DNA of 64,000 nt from an uncultured Tissierellia bacterium (GCA_947253765.1 CAMYAK010000003.1:32371-96370); one strand, 5' to 3'; numbered from the stretch's first letter, positions 21,704 through 32,340 are shown. The notes: generated from the sequence alone by a model not told the origin. Numbers and translations: made by a program.

Positions 21704-22571
21704 AAAGATCTCCTTCCGGCTTGCACTCCATCTCCTCAGCTAAACTTAATACCGGTATTTCCCTGTAGTTTGGCCACTTATCCATACAATTGTCAAAATA
21801 TGGGACCAGGTCAAGGCCTTTTGATAAGTAAAGTTTGAAATTTTTATATAAATCCTGATAACAGCTCAGTGCAATCTTCCTGATCTTATCCAGCCTCAAA
21901 TTTGAATCCTTGGCCCCATCCAACTCTTCATCATCACAGAGCAGGTCATTGTAATGAACACTCGGCTTATACTTTCTTAAAATGTCGGTTAATATTTTTC
22001 TCTTCCAGGGGCTTTCTATGGAAAATAGGTTCAGGGCAGTCCTCTGGCCCTTCATGCACTTGTATATTGTTTTGGCCGGGAGTTTGTAAAACATAGATAT
22101 TATTCTTGCATCTATTTTATCAGGCTCCATGAGATAGGCCCGGGGATATATTGAGGGCCGGTCCACTCCATTCCGCCTCATCAAGTGGGCATCATACTGG
22201 CTTTCAATGAGGTTGTGGGAAATATCGGACACCTCTTTTTTCCTCTCTATGTAACTATGGCATGATGAGTCCAAAGTGTAATGGCTTAAAAATCCGAGAA
22301 CATAGGCCAGGAATTCTTCGTTATTGGCCTGACCGGCAAGCATGGTGGTCTTTACATCGCTGAAAATTTCTTTTCCCGGAATGGTGTGCATTCCCATGCC
22401 CTTCTTAAAAACCTTACCTCCTCCTCTAAAAAAACTGTAAAACAGGAGGTCCGGTCCTTGGACCCCATAGTTATATAAATTTTTATGCTTTTTTACAATC
22501 CTGTAATCCTCGCCGTCCAGGCATTTTAAGCACTCCTGTCCGAACTGGAAATGGGCATATGCGGCAGGCAT
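21675..22571 (-). CDS. hypothetical protein, possibly a zinc-dependent phospholipase C-like fold
   Basis: 298 aa with several conserved His/Asp positions. The family assignment is tentative. Confidence 0.4.
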   Translation of the reverse strand: MPAAYAHFQFGQECLKCLDGEDYRIVKKHKNLYNYGVQGPDLLFYSFFRGGGKVFKKGMGMHTIPGKEIFSDVKTTMLAGQANNEEFLAYVLGFLSHYTLDSSCHSYIERKKEVSDISHNLIESQYDAHLMRRNGVDRPSIYPRAYLMEPDKIDARIISMFYKLPAKTIYKCMKGQRTALNLFSIESPWKRKILTDILRKYKPSVHYNDLLCDDEELDGAKDSNLRLDKIRKIALSCYQDLYKNFKLYLSKGLDLVPYFDNCMDKWPNYREIPVLSLAEEMECKPEGDLYEAEFYEQA

Positions 22572-22575
22572 AAAT

Positions 22576-23607
22576 TCACCTCGCTTCTTTCTTGGGAGTC
22601 CTGGTCATTAGGCCCGTCACAGCCTCCCTGACCGAGCTCCTACCTTTTATAACCTCTTGAACAATGTCTACAATGGGCATGTCAACCCCATATTTTTCCT
22701 TCAGCTTCATGGCTGCCGGCAAAGCGTTTATCCCCTCAACAACCTGGCCAACCTCAGTTAGGGCCTCCTTAGTGCTTTTCCCTTGCCCCAGAAGATATCC
22801 GGCCTTGTGATTTCTTGATAATGTGGATGTGGCAGTCACTATGAGGTCTCCAATTCCGGCCAGGCCGTAAAAGCTTGATTCCGGACAACCCATTGCCAGG
22901 CCAAGGCGCTTGATCTCTGCCATACCCCTTGTTATCAATGTGGCCCTGGCATTGTCACCCAGGCCCAGGCCGTCACTGGCTCCGGCGGCTAAGGCCATGA
23001 TGTTTTTCATGGCTCCGCAAAGCTCCACTCCAAGAGGGTCATCACTTGTATATATTCTCATGCTCGGGCCCATTAATTCCTTTTGGACCAGGTCGCAGGC
23101 CTTCCTGTCTTTTGAAGCTGCCACCATGCCGCATGGGAGGCCCATAGCCACCTCCTCTGCATGGGTAGGCCCTGACAAGGCGACATATGAATATTTTTTT
23201 CCGGATTTTTTCAGCTCATCCCGGATCAGATCGGTCATGACCATTAGGCTGTCTTTTTCTATGCCTTTTGCCACCGAAACAATTACGGGCCTGTCCTGTT
23301 TTCCGGAAACATCAGGATCTTTATCAAAGGCAAACCTGACCTTCTCGGCAGTCTCCCTTATGGTGATCGAAGGTACTGCAAATATAATGATGTCCTTTTT
23401 GCTTATTGCTTTTGAAATATCGGGTTGAAATTCAATCCCCGAAGGAAAGAGTACGGCCGATAAATTTTTGTGGCAGCCTCTTTTCTCGATTTCCTCAAGA
23501 CCCTCTTTTCTATGGGACCAGAGGCAAACATGATTTCCTTGACGCCTGAAGAGAATGGCTAGGGCACTTCCCCATGTTCCCGCTCCCAATATAGCTAAAG
23601 ATGACAT
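22576..23607 (-). CDS. gpsA: NAD(P)H-dependent glycerol-3-phosphate dehydrogenase
   Basis: N-terminal GAGTWGSALA Rossmann motif and GpsA-like length (343 aa). Confidence 0.85.
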   Translation of the reverse strand: MSSLAILGAGTWGSALAILFRRQGNHVCLWSHRKEGLEEIEKRGCHKNLSAVLFPSGIEFQPDISKAISKKDIIIFAVPSITIRETAEKVRFAFDKDPDVSGKQDRPVIVSVAKGIEKDSLMVMTDLIRDELKKSGKKYSYVALSGPTHAEEVAMGLPCGMVAASKDRKACDLVQKELMGPSMRIYTSDDPLGVELCGAMKNIMALAAGASDGLGLGDNARATLITRGMAEIKRLGLAMGCPESSFYGLAGIGDLIVTATSTLSRNHKAGYLLGQGKSTKEALTEVGQVVEGINALPAAMKLKEKYGVDMPIVDIVQEVIKGRSSVREAVTGLMTRTPKKEAR

Positions 23608-23616
23608 AATACCCTC

Positions 23617-26457
23617 CTAGACTTTATCCCTATCCAGTATCGGCTTCAAAAATTGTCCTGTATAGGAGCCCTTGACCTTGCAAACTTCTTCAGGCCTGCC
23701 CGTTGCAACTATATTTCCGCCCTTATCTCCACCTTCCGGCCCAAGGTCGATTATATGGTCGGCACACTTTATGACATCCAGATTATGCTCAATGACGACT
23801 ATTGTATTTCCCTGGTCCACAAGGCGATCGAAGACCTTTACCAACTTTTCTATATCATGGACATGGAGACCTGTTGTTGGCTCATCCAAGATATATATGG
23901 TTTTTCCTGTGGAGACCTTTCCAAGTTCTGCGGCCAGCTTAACTCTCTGTGCCTCTCCTCCTGATAACTCAGGCGAAGGTTGGCCGATCTTTAAGTATCC
24001 GAGACCGACATCAACCAGGGTTTCAAGTCTCCTACTTATTCCGGGATGATTTTTGAAAAAATCAAGTCCCTCTTCAATGGTCATATCGAGAACATCAGAG
24101 ATGGTCTTATCTTTATATCGAACCTGGAGGGTCTCCCTGTTGTACCTCTTTCCTCCGCAAACCTCACATGGTACATAGACGTCCGGCAGAAAGTGCATCT
24201 CCACCTTGATAGTCCCGTCCCCCTTGCAATTCTCACACCGGCCCCCCTTAACATTGAAAGAGAAACGGCCCTTATCGTAGCCCCTCATTTTAGCATCGTT
24301 GGTCGTGGCAAAGACATCCCTTATCAAGTCAAAGACCTTGGTGTAGGTTGCCGGGTTGGATCTTGGAGTCCTGCCTATGGGTGACTGGTCTATGAGTATG
24401 ACCTTGTCCAAAAGTTCAGTCCCGCTTATCCCCTTATATTTTCCGGGTCTAAGGTGGGCCTTGTTCAGGCGGTTAGCCAGGGCTCTATATAAGATCCCGT
24501 TCACAAATGATGACTTGCCTGATCCCGAAACTCCTGTTACACAGGTGAAAACACCTATGGGAACTTCAATATCTATTCCTTTCAGGTTGTTTTCCTTACA
24601 AGCCTTAACCAGGAGCTTGCCCTTGGCCTTCCTTCTTTTTTTCGGCACGGGAATAAAGCGGCGATGGGCAAGGTAATCTCCTGTTATAGACTTCTTGTTT
24701 TCCATAACCTCTTCCGGACTTCCAATAGCTACAACCTTGCCACCGTGGATTCCGGCTCCGGGTCCAAAGTCAACTAAAATATCGGCCGCTTTCATTGTAT
24801 CTTCGTCATGCTCAACTATTATCAGGGTGTTCCCCATGTCGGTCAGGTTTCTTAATGCTGCAAGAAGCCTGTTGTTGTCCCTCTGATGCAGACCTATGGA
24901 TGGCTCATCAAGAACATAGATTACCCCGACAAGCCCGGCTCCTATCTGTGTGGCAAGCCTTATTCTCTGACTCTCTCCTCCGGATAGGGTTGCAGCATAA
25001 CGGTCAAGTGTCAAGTAGTCCAGACCCACATCTATTAAAAACTTAAGCCTTGCCCTAACCTCTTTTAAAATAGGCCTGGCTATCATATCTTCCGATTCTG
25101 AAAACTTGAGCTTGCCGGACCAATCATAGGCTTCTTTTATTGACATCCTGTTGAATTGGGCAATATTTTTATCTCCTATGTGGACAGAAAGGGCCTCCGG
25201 CTTAAGCCTGTCTCCATGACAGGTTTCGCATATGTTTTCAGCCATAAATGGCCTGATCCTCTTCTGAGTTCCTTCTCCGCCGCTTTGAAACCTTCGGCTC
25301 AGGTTTGGTATTATTCCCTCCCAATAGTCATGATAGGTTTTAAGACCTGAAAAATGCGAGTCAAATTCAAAGGTAAGCTTTTCCTTGCTTCCGTGGAGGA
25401 GTTGGTCAATCATCTCATCCGGTGCCTCACCTATTGGCCTGTCTGTTGGAAAGTTGAATTTCTCAGCCAAGGCATGGACCATCTGGTAGTAGTAGGTCCC
25501 CTTACCCGATGTTGCATATGGGGCTATTGCTCCCTCATCAATTGAAAGGTCGGGATTGGGTATGCAGAGCTGGTCATCAACCCTGGCATGAAATCCCAGG
25601 CCGCCGCAATCCGGACAGGCCCCCATGGGCGAGTTGAATGATAAAAGTCTGGGTTCTATCTCCTCAAGGCTCATGTGGCCGTTGGGGCAGGCAAGCTTTG
25701 AAGAATAAGCGTGGGTCTCCCGAACTTTCCCGTCACGGTCGACTATATATATAAAGACACTGCCGTCAGCCTCTTCAAGGGCTGTTTCTAAGGACCCGCT
25801 CAGCCTTGAACCTATGCCATCTCTGACAATAAGCCTGTCAACAACGACAAAAATATCGTGTTTTTTATTCTTGTCCAATTCTATTTCTTGGGACAGGTCC
25901 AGAGTTTCACCGTCAACCATGGCCCTGGAATAGCCCTGCCTCTGCAGGTTGACCAAGGCCTTCTTGTGTGTCCCCTTCTTTCCCCTTATCATGGGGGATA
26001 GGACCAGGATCCTGCTTCCTTCCGGAAATTTTAAAACCTCGTCTGTAATCTGATCTATGGACATTGACCTTATGGGTTCCCCGCAAACGGGGCAAAAAGC
26101 ATGTCCCGCCTTTGCGTATAACAGCCTTAGATAGTCGTTGATCTCAGTCACTGTTGAAACCGTGGACCTGGGGTTCCTGTTTGTGGTCTTCTGGTCTATT
26201 GAAATCGACGGTGACAGACCCTCAACCATGTCCACATCCGGCTTGTCCATCTGGCCCAGGAACATCCTTGCATAGGAAGAAAGGGACTCGACATAGCGTC
26301 TCTGCCCCTCCGCATATATGGTGTCATAGGCCATTGAAGACTTGCCCGATCCCGATAAGCCCGTCATCACTATCATTTTATTTCTGGGCAGGGTCAAATC
26401 AACATCCTTAAGATTATTGACCCTCGCCCCTTTTATTACAATGTTCTCAAGACTCAT
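23617..26457 (-). CDS. uvrA: excinuclease ABC subunit A
   Basis: Two ABC ATPase modules and zinc-finger Cys clusters. The conserved N-terminus starts at MSLENIVIKGARVNNLKD; the track ORF runs to 26496. Confidence 0.9.
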   Translation of the reverse strand: MSLENIVIKGARVNNLKDVDLTLPRNKMIVMTGLSGSGKSSMAYDTIYAEGQRRYVESLSSYARMFLGQMDKPDVDMVEGLSPSISIDQKTTNRNPRSTVSTVTEINDYLRLLYAKAGHAFCPVCGEPIRSMSIDQITDEVLKFPEGSRILVLSPMIRGKKGTHKKALVNLQRQGYSRAMVDGETLDLSQEIELDKNKKHDIFVVVDRLIVRDGIGSRLSGSLETALEEADGSVFIYIVDRDGKVRETHAYSSKLACPNGHMSLEEIEPRLLSFNSPMGACPDCGGLGFHARVDDQLCIPNPDLSIDEGAIAPYATSGKGTYYYQMVHALAEKFNFPTDRPIGEAPDEMIDQLLHGSKEKLTFEFDSHFSGLKTYHDYWEGIIPNLSRRFQSGGEGTQKRIRPFMAENICETCHGDRLKPEALSVHIGDKNIAQFNRMSIKEAYDWSGKLKFSESEDMIARPILKEVRARLKFLIDVGLDYLTLDRYAATLSGGESQRIRLATQIGAGLVGVIYVLDEPSIGLHQRDNNRLLAALRNLTDMGNTLIIVEHDEDTMKAADILVDFGPGAGIHGGKVVAIGSPEEVMENKKSITGDYLAHRRFIPVPKKRRKAKGKLLVKACKENNLKGIDIEVPIGVFTCVTGVSGSGKSSFVNGILYRALANRLNKAHLRPGKYKGISGTELLDKVILIDQSPIGRTPRSNPATYTKVFDLIRDVFATTNDAKMRGYDKGRFSFNVKGGRCENCKGDGTIKVEMHFLPDVYVPCEVCGGKRYNRETLQVRYKDKTISDVLDMTIEEGLDFFKNHPGISRRLETLVDVGLGYLKIGQPSPELSGGEAQRVKLAAELGKVSTGKTIYILDEPTTGLHVHDIEKLVKVFDRLVDQGNTIVVIEHNLDVIKCADHIIDLGPEGGDKGGNIVATGRPEEVCKVKGSYTGQFLKPILDRDKV

Positions 26458-26502
26458 TATTCCAGGTCCTCTCATCCATATCTGTTTAAATCGCAATACT
26501 TG

Positions 26503-28503
26503 TCAGTCTATTTTATAATCTCTCTTCATATCCCTGATACTGTCTCTTATTGTAGCGGCCCTCTCGAAGTCCAACTCCTCCGCCGCCTTTCTCATCTCTA
26601 TCTCCATATTGAGGATCAACTCCTCTATATCCTTCCTGCTGAAGGTTTCTTTTTCCTGCAGGCCCTTCAATCCCTCAGTTTTATATTTTTCAAGGTCTTC
26701 GGCAGCAACAGCTGTGGTCAGAAGGTCGTGGACCCCCTTTTCAATAGACCTGGGCTTAATATTATGTTTATCATTGAAGGCCTTCTGGATTTTCCTACGC
26801 CTGTCGGTCTCTTTTATAGCCATTTCCATTGACCCGGTTACCGTATCGCCATAGAGGATAACCCGACCATCGACATTTCGTGCCGCCCTCCCTATGGTCT
26901 GGACCAGGGATGTTTCCGACCTCAAAAATCCTTCTTTTTCTGCATCCAAAATAGCTATAAAGGAAACCTCGGGTATATCAAGTCCTTCACGTAGGAGGTT
27001 GATACCCACAAGAACATCGTATTTGCCTAACCTCAAGTCTCTGACGATTTCCATCCTCTCCATTGTGCCTATGTCTGAATGCATATAGGTTACCTTGACT
27101 CCCGCTTCTTCAAGATAGTCGGTCAGGTCTTCCGCCATCTTTTTAGTCAGGGTTGTGACCAGTGTCCTGTTCCCGCTTTCCGTTACCTTGGCTATTTCAT
27201 TCATAAGGTCATCAATCTGGTTCTTTGTAGGCCTTATTTCGACTATCGGATCAAGCAGACCTGTGGGCCTTATGACCTGCTCAACCATCTGTGTCGAGTG
27301 GTCTTTTTCATAGGGGCCGGGTGTAGCCGACATGAAAATGGCTTGTGGTATAAGGCTATCAAATTCTTCAAATGTGAGAGGTCTGTTATCCAGGGCGGAC
27401 GGCAGGCGAAATCCATAGTCTATCAGGTTCTGCTTCCTTGCCCGGTCTCCGTTAAACATGCCCCTAACCTGGGGAAGTGTTGCGTGGGACTCATCCACAA
27501 AAAGGAGAAAGTCCTTTGGGAAATAGTCTATAAGCGTATAGGGCCTGGATCCCGGCTTCCTGCCTGAAGTGTGCCTGGAGTAGTTTTCTATTCCGGAACA
27601 GTAGCCTATCTCCCTCATCATCTCGAGGTCGTATAGGGTTCTCTGTTCCAGCCTTTGTGCCTCGACCAATTTGTTTTCTTTATATAAAACATCCAGTCTC
27701 TCTTTGAGTTCCTCTTCAATTGAGGATATGGCCTTTTCCATCTTGGCCTTTGTAGTGGCAAAGTGGGAGGCCGGGTAAATCATTACGTAATTTCTTCCCT
27801 GAATTATTTCACCAGTCAGGTGGTCAAATTCTATAATTCTGTCAATTTCATCTCCGAAAAACTCGACTCTTATGGCATTTTCCTCTGATGAAGCGGGCAA
27901 AATATCTACAGTATCCCCCTTAACCCTAAAAGTCCCCCTCTGGAAATTCATGTCATTCCTCATGTACTGGATTTCAACAAGCCTTGTCAGGACGCTGTCC
28001 CTGTCAATGACTTGCCCGGTTCTGAGAGAAAGGGTCAGACTCAGGTAGTCCTCAGGGTCTCCCAAGCCATATATGCATGAAACTGAGGCAACTACTATGA
28101 CATCCCTTCTCTCAAATAGCTGGGTTGTTGCCGAGTGCCTGAGTTTATCTATTTCGTCGTTTATAGAAGCATCCTTGGCTATGTAGGTATCAGTTGCCGC
28201 AACATAGGCTTCAGGCTGGTAATAGTCGTAATAGGAAACAAAAAATTCAACGGCATTTTCCGGAAAGAATTCTTTCAGCTCGGCCGCCAATTGGGAAGCC
28301 AGGGTTTTATTGTGGGCAATTACCAGGGTGGGCCTTTTAGCCCTTTCTATAATATTGGCCATAGTAAAAGTCTTGCCGGACCCGGTAACTCCCTGTAAAG
28401 TTTGATACCGGTCTCCCCTTTCCAAGCCCTTAACCAAAGAATCAATGGCCTCAGGCTGGTCCCCTGTCGGTTTGAATTTGGAGTGAATCTTAAATTCTTT
28501 CAA
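26503..28503 (-). CDS. uvrB: excinuclease ABC subunit B
   Basis: 666 aa helicase-fold protein with a C-terminal UVR domain. Confidence 0.9.
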   Translation of the reverse strand: MKEFKIHSKFKPTGDQPEAIDSLVKGLERGDRYQTLQGVTGSGKTFTMANIIERAKRPTLVIAHNKTLASQLAAELKEFFPENAVEFFVSYYDYYQPEAYVAATDTYIAKDASINDEIDKLRHSATTQLFERRDVIVVASVSCIYGLGDPEDYLSLTLSLRTGQVIDRDSVLTRLVEIQYMRNDMNFQRGTFRVKGDTVDILPASSEENAIRVEFFGDEIDRIIEFDHLTGEIIQGRNYVMIYPASHFATTKAKMEKAISSIEEELKERLDVLYKENKLVEAQRLEQRTLYDLEMMREIGYCSGIENYSRHTSGRKPGSRPYTLIDYFPKDFLLFVDESHATLPQVRGMFNGDRARKQNLIDYGFRLPSALDNRPLTFEEFDSLIPQAIFMSATPGPYEKDHSTQMVEQVIRPTGLLDPIVEIRPTKNQIDDLMNEIAKVTESGNRTLVTTLTKKMAEDLTDYLEEAGVKVTYMHSDIGTMERMEIVRDLRLGKYDVLVGINLLREGLDIPEVSFIAILDAEKEGFLRSETSLVQTIGRAARNVDGRVILYGDTVTGSMEMAIKETDRRRKIQKAFNDKHNIKPRSIEKGVHDLLTTAVAAEDLEKYKTEGLKGLQEKETFSRKDIEELILNMEIEMRKAAEELDFERAATIRDSIRDMKRDYKID

Positions 28504-28513
28504 TGCTTCCCTC

Positions 28514-29731
28514 TTATTTCTTTATCTCGGCTTCCAATTCGGTTATGGCCTTTTTAAGCTGGTTATCCCCGGCCATGTTTTGAGGCCCGATGGCCTTGGT
28601 TCCCTTTGTAAGCTCAATTTTTATATCAGGTTCAATGCCTTTTTTGTGTATACTCTTTCCGCTCGGTGTTAGGTATTCAGCCATTGTCAGCTTAAATCCT
28701 CCGTCCTCTCCGTTAGGTCCCAATGGGTAAAGCCTCTGGACTATTCCCTTGCCAAAGGTTTTTTTACCGATAAACTTAGCCCTCTTGTTGTCTTTTAAGG
28801 CCCCGATCAGTATCTCCGAGGCTGAAGCGGATCCTCCGTTCCCCAGCACTGTCATTGGCAAGTTATTGGCCTTGGCGTCCGATTCACTAACCTCTTTATT
28901 ACCTTCTTTATCAACTGTCGTGACTATCTTATATTTTCCGAGAAGTTGGTCGGCTATTTTTATACATGAGTCAAGGAGGCCACCGGGATTGTTCCTTAAA
29001 TCCAGGACCAGGCCCCTGGCTCCTTCTTTTGTGAGCTTATCGAGTTCTTTAATGAAGTCCTCATCCGTATTCTCATCAAAGGATGTTATGGATATATATC
29101 CTATTTTATTGTCCAGCATCTTAGAGCTGACGGAATCGACGCTTATCATATCCCTGATGAGTTTTATACTTTTGCTTTTGTTCTTGCCGTCTTCAAGGGT
29201 CCTTACGGTGAGCTCTACCTCGGTTTTCACCTCGCCTCTCATGGCCGCTACAGCTTCAGAAAGATCGCTTCCCATATATGTTATGCCGTCTACTGCGATG
29301 ATCTTATCACCTGTTTTTATTCCGGCCTTTGCCGCAGGAGTGCCATCAATCGGGGAAACAACCGTAATCAGGTCGTCTTCTCCGGCAGTTACCACAAGGC
29401 CTACTCCGGCAAATTTACCACTTGTGTCCTCCAGGAGCCTCTTAAACTCCTCAGGCGTGTAGTATTCCGAATATGGATCCTTTAATCCTGCAAACAGGCC
29501 CTTATATATGCCATATTCCAGGTCCTTATCCTTGTAATCAAAGATAAAATTCTTTTTTATGACACTTTCATAATTCCTTATATTTTCAACTATCCTATCC
29601 ATATGGGCGTTTTCTTGGTCCTGTCCATTTATGGTGCCTTGGCCGTTCATATTTAGGCCTATTAAGAATCCTCCCCCTGCAAAACTCAAAAGCAGTATAA
29701 GGAGGGCAAATGATTTTCCTAATTTCTTCAT
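28514..29731 (-). CDS. ctpA: S41 family carboxyl-terminal processing protease
   Basis: PDZ plus S41 peptidase motifs. The start is probably MKKLGKS at 29731 with an AAGGAGAA RBS; the track ORF runs to 29773. Confidence 0.8.
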   Translation of the reverse strand: MKKLGKSFALLILLLSFAGGGFLIGLNMNGQGTINGQDQENAHMDRIVENIRNYESVIKKNFIFDYKDKDLEYGIYKGLFAGLKDPYSEYYTPEEFKRLLEDTSGKFAGVGLVVTAGEDDLITVVSPIDGTPAAKAGIKTGDKIIAVDGITYMGSDLSEAVAAMRGEVKTEVELTVRTLEDGKNKSKSIKLIRDMISVDSVSSKMLDNKIGYISITSFDENTDEDFIKELDKLTKEGARGLVLDLRNNPGGLLDSCIKIADQLLGKYKIVTTVDKEGNKEVSESDAKANNLPMTVLGNGGSASASEILIGALKDNKRAKFIGKKTFGKGIVQRLYPLGPNGEDGGFKLTMAEYLTPSGKSIHKKGIEPDIKIELTKGTKAIGPQNMAGDNQLKKAITELEAEIKK

Positions 29732-29829
29732 CCCGTTCTCCTTGTGTACAAATTTAAATCCAACAGCATACAAAAAAACGCTCTTGGAACTCTTTTATTA
29801 TACCATGGAGAACAAGTTGATTTTTTTCA

Positions 29830-29838
29830 TGCTATAAT
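29830..29838 (+). promoter_or_regulatory. extended -10 promoter element (TGcTATAAT) for tdk
   Basis: TGnTATAAT lies about 35 nt upstream of the AAAGGAGG RBS. Confidence 0.35.
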
Positions 29839-29873
29839 TTAATTTACATTCTCTGAGTAAAAAAGGAGGAAAA

Positions 29874-30473
29874 ATGGCTAAACTATACTTTCGCTACGGG
29901 CCTATGAATTCAGGAAAATCTACGCTCCTCATGCAAGTTGCTCACAACTACGAGGAGAGGGGGATGGAAGTTATTGTTATGAAACCCTCAATTGATAAAA
30001 CAGGCGACAATGAAATTGTTTCAAGGCTTGGAGTTAGGCGAAAGGTTGATCAGCTTATCCATCCTGAAGCCAATGTGTTTGACCTGGTTCATGAAGCTAT
30101 GAAAAAAAAAAGACCCTCCTGCATACTTGTGGATGAGGCCCAGTTTCTGAGTCCGATTCAGGTTGACCAACTTTTTTTGCTTGTACTCACTGATGACATA
30201 CCTGTTATCTGCTATGGGCTCAGGACAGATTTTTTGGCCCGAGGCTTTGCCGGGTCTAAGCGCCTGCTTGAATTGGCTCACTCACTTGAGGAACTGAAAA
30301 CCATATGCCGCTGTGGAAGGAAGGCCATATTGAATATGAGAAAGATCAATGGCAAGCCTGTTTTCCATGGTGACCAAGTCGCTATTGACGGTGAAGATAG
30401 GGTTGAATACGAGTCGGTTTGCGGAAAGTGCTATATTGAAGAAATGAAAAAGTCCAAAACTAAGATTTTTTGA
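29874..30473 (+). CDS. tdk: thymidine kinase
   Basis: P-loop GPMNSGKST and C-terminal CxxC…CxxC zinc ribbon typical of type II thymidine kinases. Confidence 0.9.
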   Translation: MAKLYFRYGPMNSGKSTLLMQVAHNYEERGMEVIVMKPSIDKTGDNEIVSRLGVRRKVDQLIHPEANVFDLVHEAMKKKRPSCILVDEAQFLSPIQVDQLFLLVLTDDIPVICYGLRTDFLARGFAGSKRLLELAHSLEELKTICRCGRKAILNMRKINGKPVFHGDQVAIDGEDRVEYESVCGKCYIEEMKKSKTKIF

Positions 30474-30488
30474 TTTTAAAAGTTTATA

Positions 30489-30534
30489 GGGTCTGTATCA
30501 AACGATTACTCGCTCTGATACAGACCCCTTTTTT
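30489..30534 (+). terminator. rho-independent terminator of tdk
   Basis: A 12-bp stem gggtctgtatca / tgatacagaccc followed by TTTTTT. Confidence 0.65.
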
Positions 30535-30548
30535 AAGTACATTATTAG

Positions 30549-31376
30549 GAGCTCTTTGAAATTGATAATCCTGAAAAGGAAGAATGGTACTTTAGTATTG
30601 TTGATATTGTTGGGGTTCTTACTGAAAGCAAGAATCCAAGAAGATATTGGAGCGACTTAAAAAGAAAGATGAGGGATGAGGTCTTCGAGATGGCCCAACA
30701 TGAGATGGAACGCCGAGAAAAAACGAAGATTAACGGTTCTTCTAAGAACTTCTTTTCCGGACGGATCATCTGTGGGTGCTGCGGAGAACCTTATACCAGA
30801 AAGGTTTGGCACTCAACCACGAAATACCGCCGCTACATCTGGCAATGTGGCAAAAAGTATGAAGGTGAAGAACCCTGCTCCACTCCCCATTTTACCGAGT
30901 ATGAAATAATTGATGCTTTTGAAAGAATGGCTAAAGAGCTTGTTGCAAGCAAAAAAGATATCATCACTCTCTGCAGAGAAACGCTAATCAAAGTTCTCAA
31001 TACCTGTAAAGATAAAGAAAAATCCCGGCAACTTGAGTTTGAGCTGGATCAAGATTATATGGAGCTAGGGCAAGAGCTCAGGGTCATCGGAAAGATAGAG
31101 CATGGTAAAAATGAATCCTATGACAATGCCCTCGCAGCCTACGAGACTAAAAATCAACTCCTGCAAGAGCTGAAAGCACGAATCGCTGACAAGGATAAAC
31201 GCTGCTTTGATGCCGTGCAGTTTGCTGATAGGCTTGAAGACATCACGGACATCAAGTTCAGTGAAGAGCTGTGGTGCAGCCTGATTGATCACGTCAGCGT
31301 TCCCACAGGTGGTAAAAAATCACTCATTTTCCATCTGCGAAACGGTGGTGCGATAGATATCGTGTTGGATCAATAA
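30549..31376 (+). pseudogene. mobile-element remnant: a Bro-N-like fragment fused in frame to the C-terminal half (zinc ribbon, coiled-coil, C-terminal beta region) of a large serine recombinase. No N-terminal catalytic domain and no start codon at the frame opening.
   Basis: The frame opens directly after a TAG at 30546-48. Its first part, EEWYFSIVDIVGVLTESKNPRRYWSDLKRK, matches the Bro-N/KilA-N style motif. It then continues as …FFSGRIICGCCGEPYTRKVWH…LWCSLIDHVSVPTGGKKSLIFHLRNGGAIDIVLDQ, typical of the zinc beta-ribbon and C-terminus of large serine recombinases. The first Met is only at 30669. Confidence 0.55.
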
Positions 31377-31407
31377 TAAAGCTTCATACCCCTCGCTTTT
31401 TTCTCCC

Positions 31408-31857
31408 CTAATGATCAGGGGATTTTTTTCTATTTACAATCTTCGTAAATAGAAAATACATAACAGAAAAGATTACAACACCCGTCAATAAGAAGTACCC
31501 AAAAACCTTCAAGTAATCCAACGGATTGTTTAACTCAAACCACCCGCCAACGAGTAGACATGGTAATACAGTTATCAGCATGATTAGAAAATGAACGACT
31601 GTCTGCTTTCTTATCGACCACTTGTCATTTTCATATATGACAGATGCCGCAGCCACAACGGTGATAATCAATCCGACTATGAAAGTACTTCTCACTTGAA
31701 AGGCATCAATGCCCTGATAATTCATGATTATTGATAGAGTCGTCATGATGACGAAGGGAATAACCCCCCGTATGAACGATTTCTTTAGCAACATATGTTT
31801 AAAATCTAATCCTCCAAATGGCATATTGAAATAATCGTAAAAGAACGATTGTTCCAC
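31408..31857 (-). CDS. small integral membrane protein (4 predicted TM helices), possibly DUF3021-like
   Basis: 149 aa, hydrophobic. A -10-like TAGTATAAT lies just upstream on the minus strand, next to the direct-repeat array. Confidence 0.45.
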   Translation of the reverse strand: MEQSFFYDYFNMPFGGLDFKHMLLKKSFIRGVIPFVIMTTLSIIMNYQGIDAFQVRSTFIVGLIITVVAAASVIYENDKWSIRKQTVVHFLIMLITVLPCLLVGGWFELNNPLDYLKVFGYFLLTGVVIFSVMYFLFTKIVNRKKSPDH

Positions 31858-31900
31858 AAACTATTTTACCTAGAATAATAATATTATACTAGACTTCGAC

Positions 31901-32067
31901 ACCAGCTACGAGTTATTCATACCTGCCACGAGAAAGTGAACCATACCACGCAAAACTCATACCAGATACACGAAACTTTTTATTTTGAGTGGACCGTCTA
32001 CACGAAAGCCATACTAGCGACACGAAAGTAAACAAGCGATATGAAAATCGAAGTTTCGTGTAGCTGG
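31901..32067. repeat. array of six direct and one inverted copy of a roughly 9-10 bp ACACGAAA(G/C) motif at about 20-22 bp periodicity
   Basis: Copies at 31906-12, 31926-36, 31946-56, 31967-76, 31999-32008 and 32019-28, plus an inverted copy at 32053-62. The outermost copies share ccagctac flanks in inverted orientation. Confidence 0.5.
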
Positions 32068-32075
32068 TTTCACAA

Positions 32076-32147
32076 GCAAATAAAAGGGTGCAATAAACAG
32101 GGCAACTATCGAGAACTTAGGCAATTTTGCACCCTTTCGTTTATTTG
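32076..32147. repeat. long imperfect inverted repeat (about 17-bp arms, about 35-nt loop)
   Basis: gcaaataaaagggtgcaa pairs with ttgcaccctttcgtttatttg. Confidence 0.4.
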
Positions 32148-32247
32148 GCGATTTTCTAAAATCCTTGCTATATCAGCCTTTCAGGCATAAAAAAAGGGCT
32201 CTAAAATAAATGGTGTTGGTTGCGGTTGATCAGAAAAATGATCAGCG

Positions 32248-32340
32248 GTCCACCAACACCATTTGACAAAAAGCCATTTAATCATGCGAAATGTCCACCA
32301 AGGCCATTTGACAAAGAGCCTAAACAATTTGACATTAAAG
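32248..32340. repeat. two 28-bp direct repeats (25/28 identical) plus a third partial copy, each containing CCATTTGACA. The third overlaps the pyk stop codon.
   Basis: gtccaccaacaccatttgacaaaaagcc (32248-75), gtccaccaaggccatttgacaaagagcc (32293-320) and caatttgacattaaag (32325-40). A 13-bp inverted repeat at 32208-20 / 32252-64 precedes them. Confidence 0.5.

Noticed and set aside
31901-32067. Possible CRISPR array
   Set aside because: The repeats are only about 9-10 bp with 10-13 bp spacers, and there is no cas gene. That is far too short for CRISPR, so I treated it as an operator or iteron-like array.
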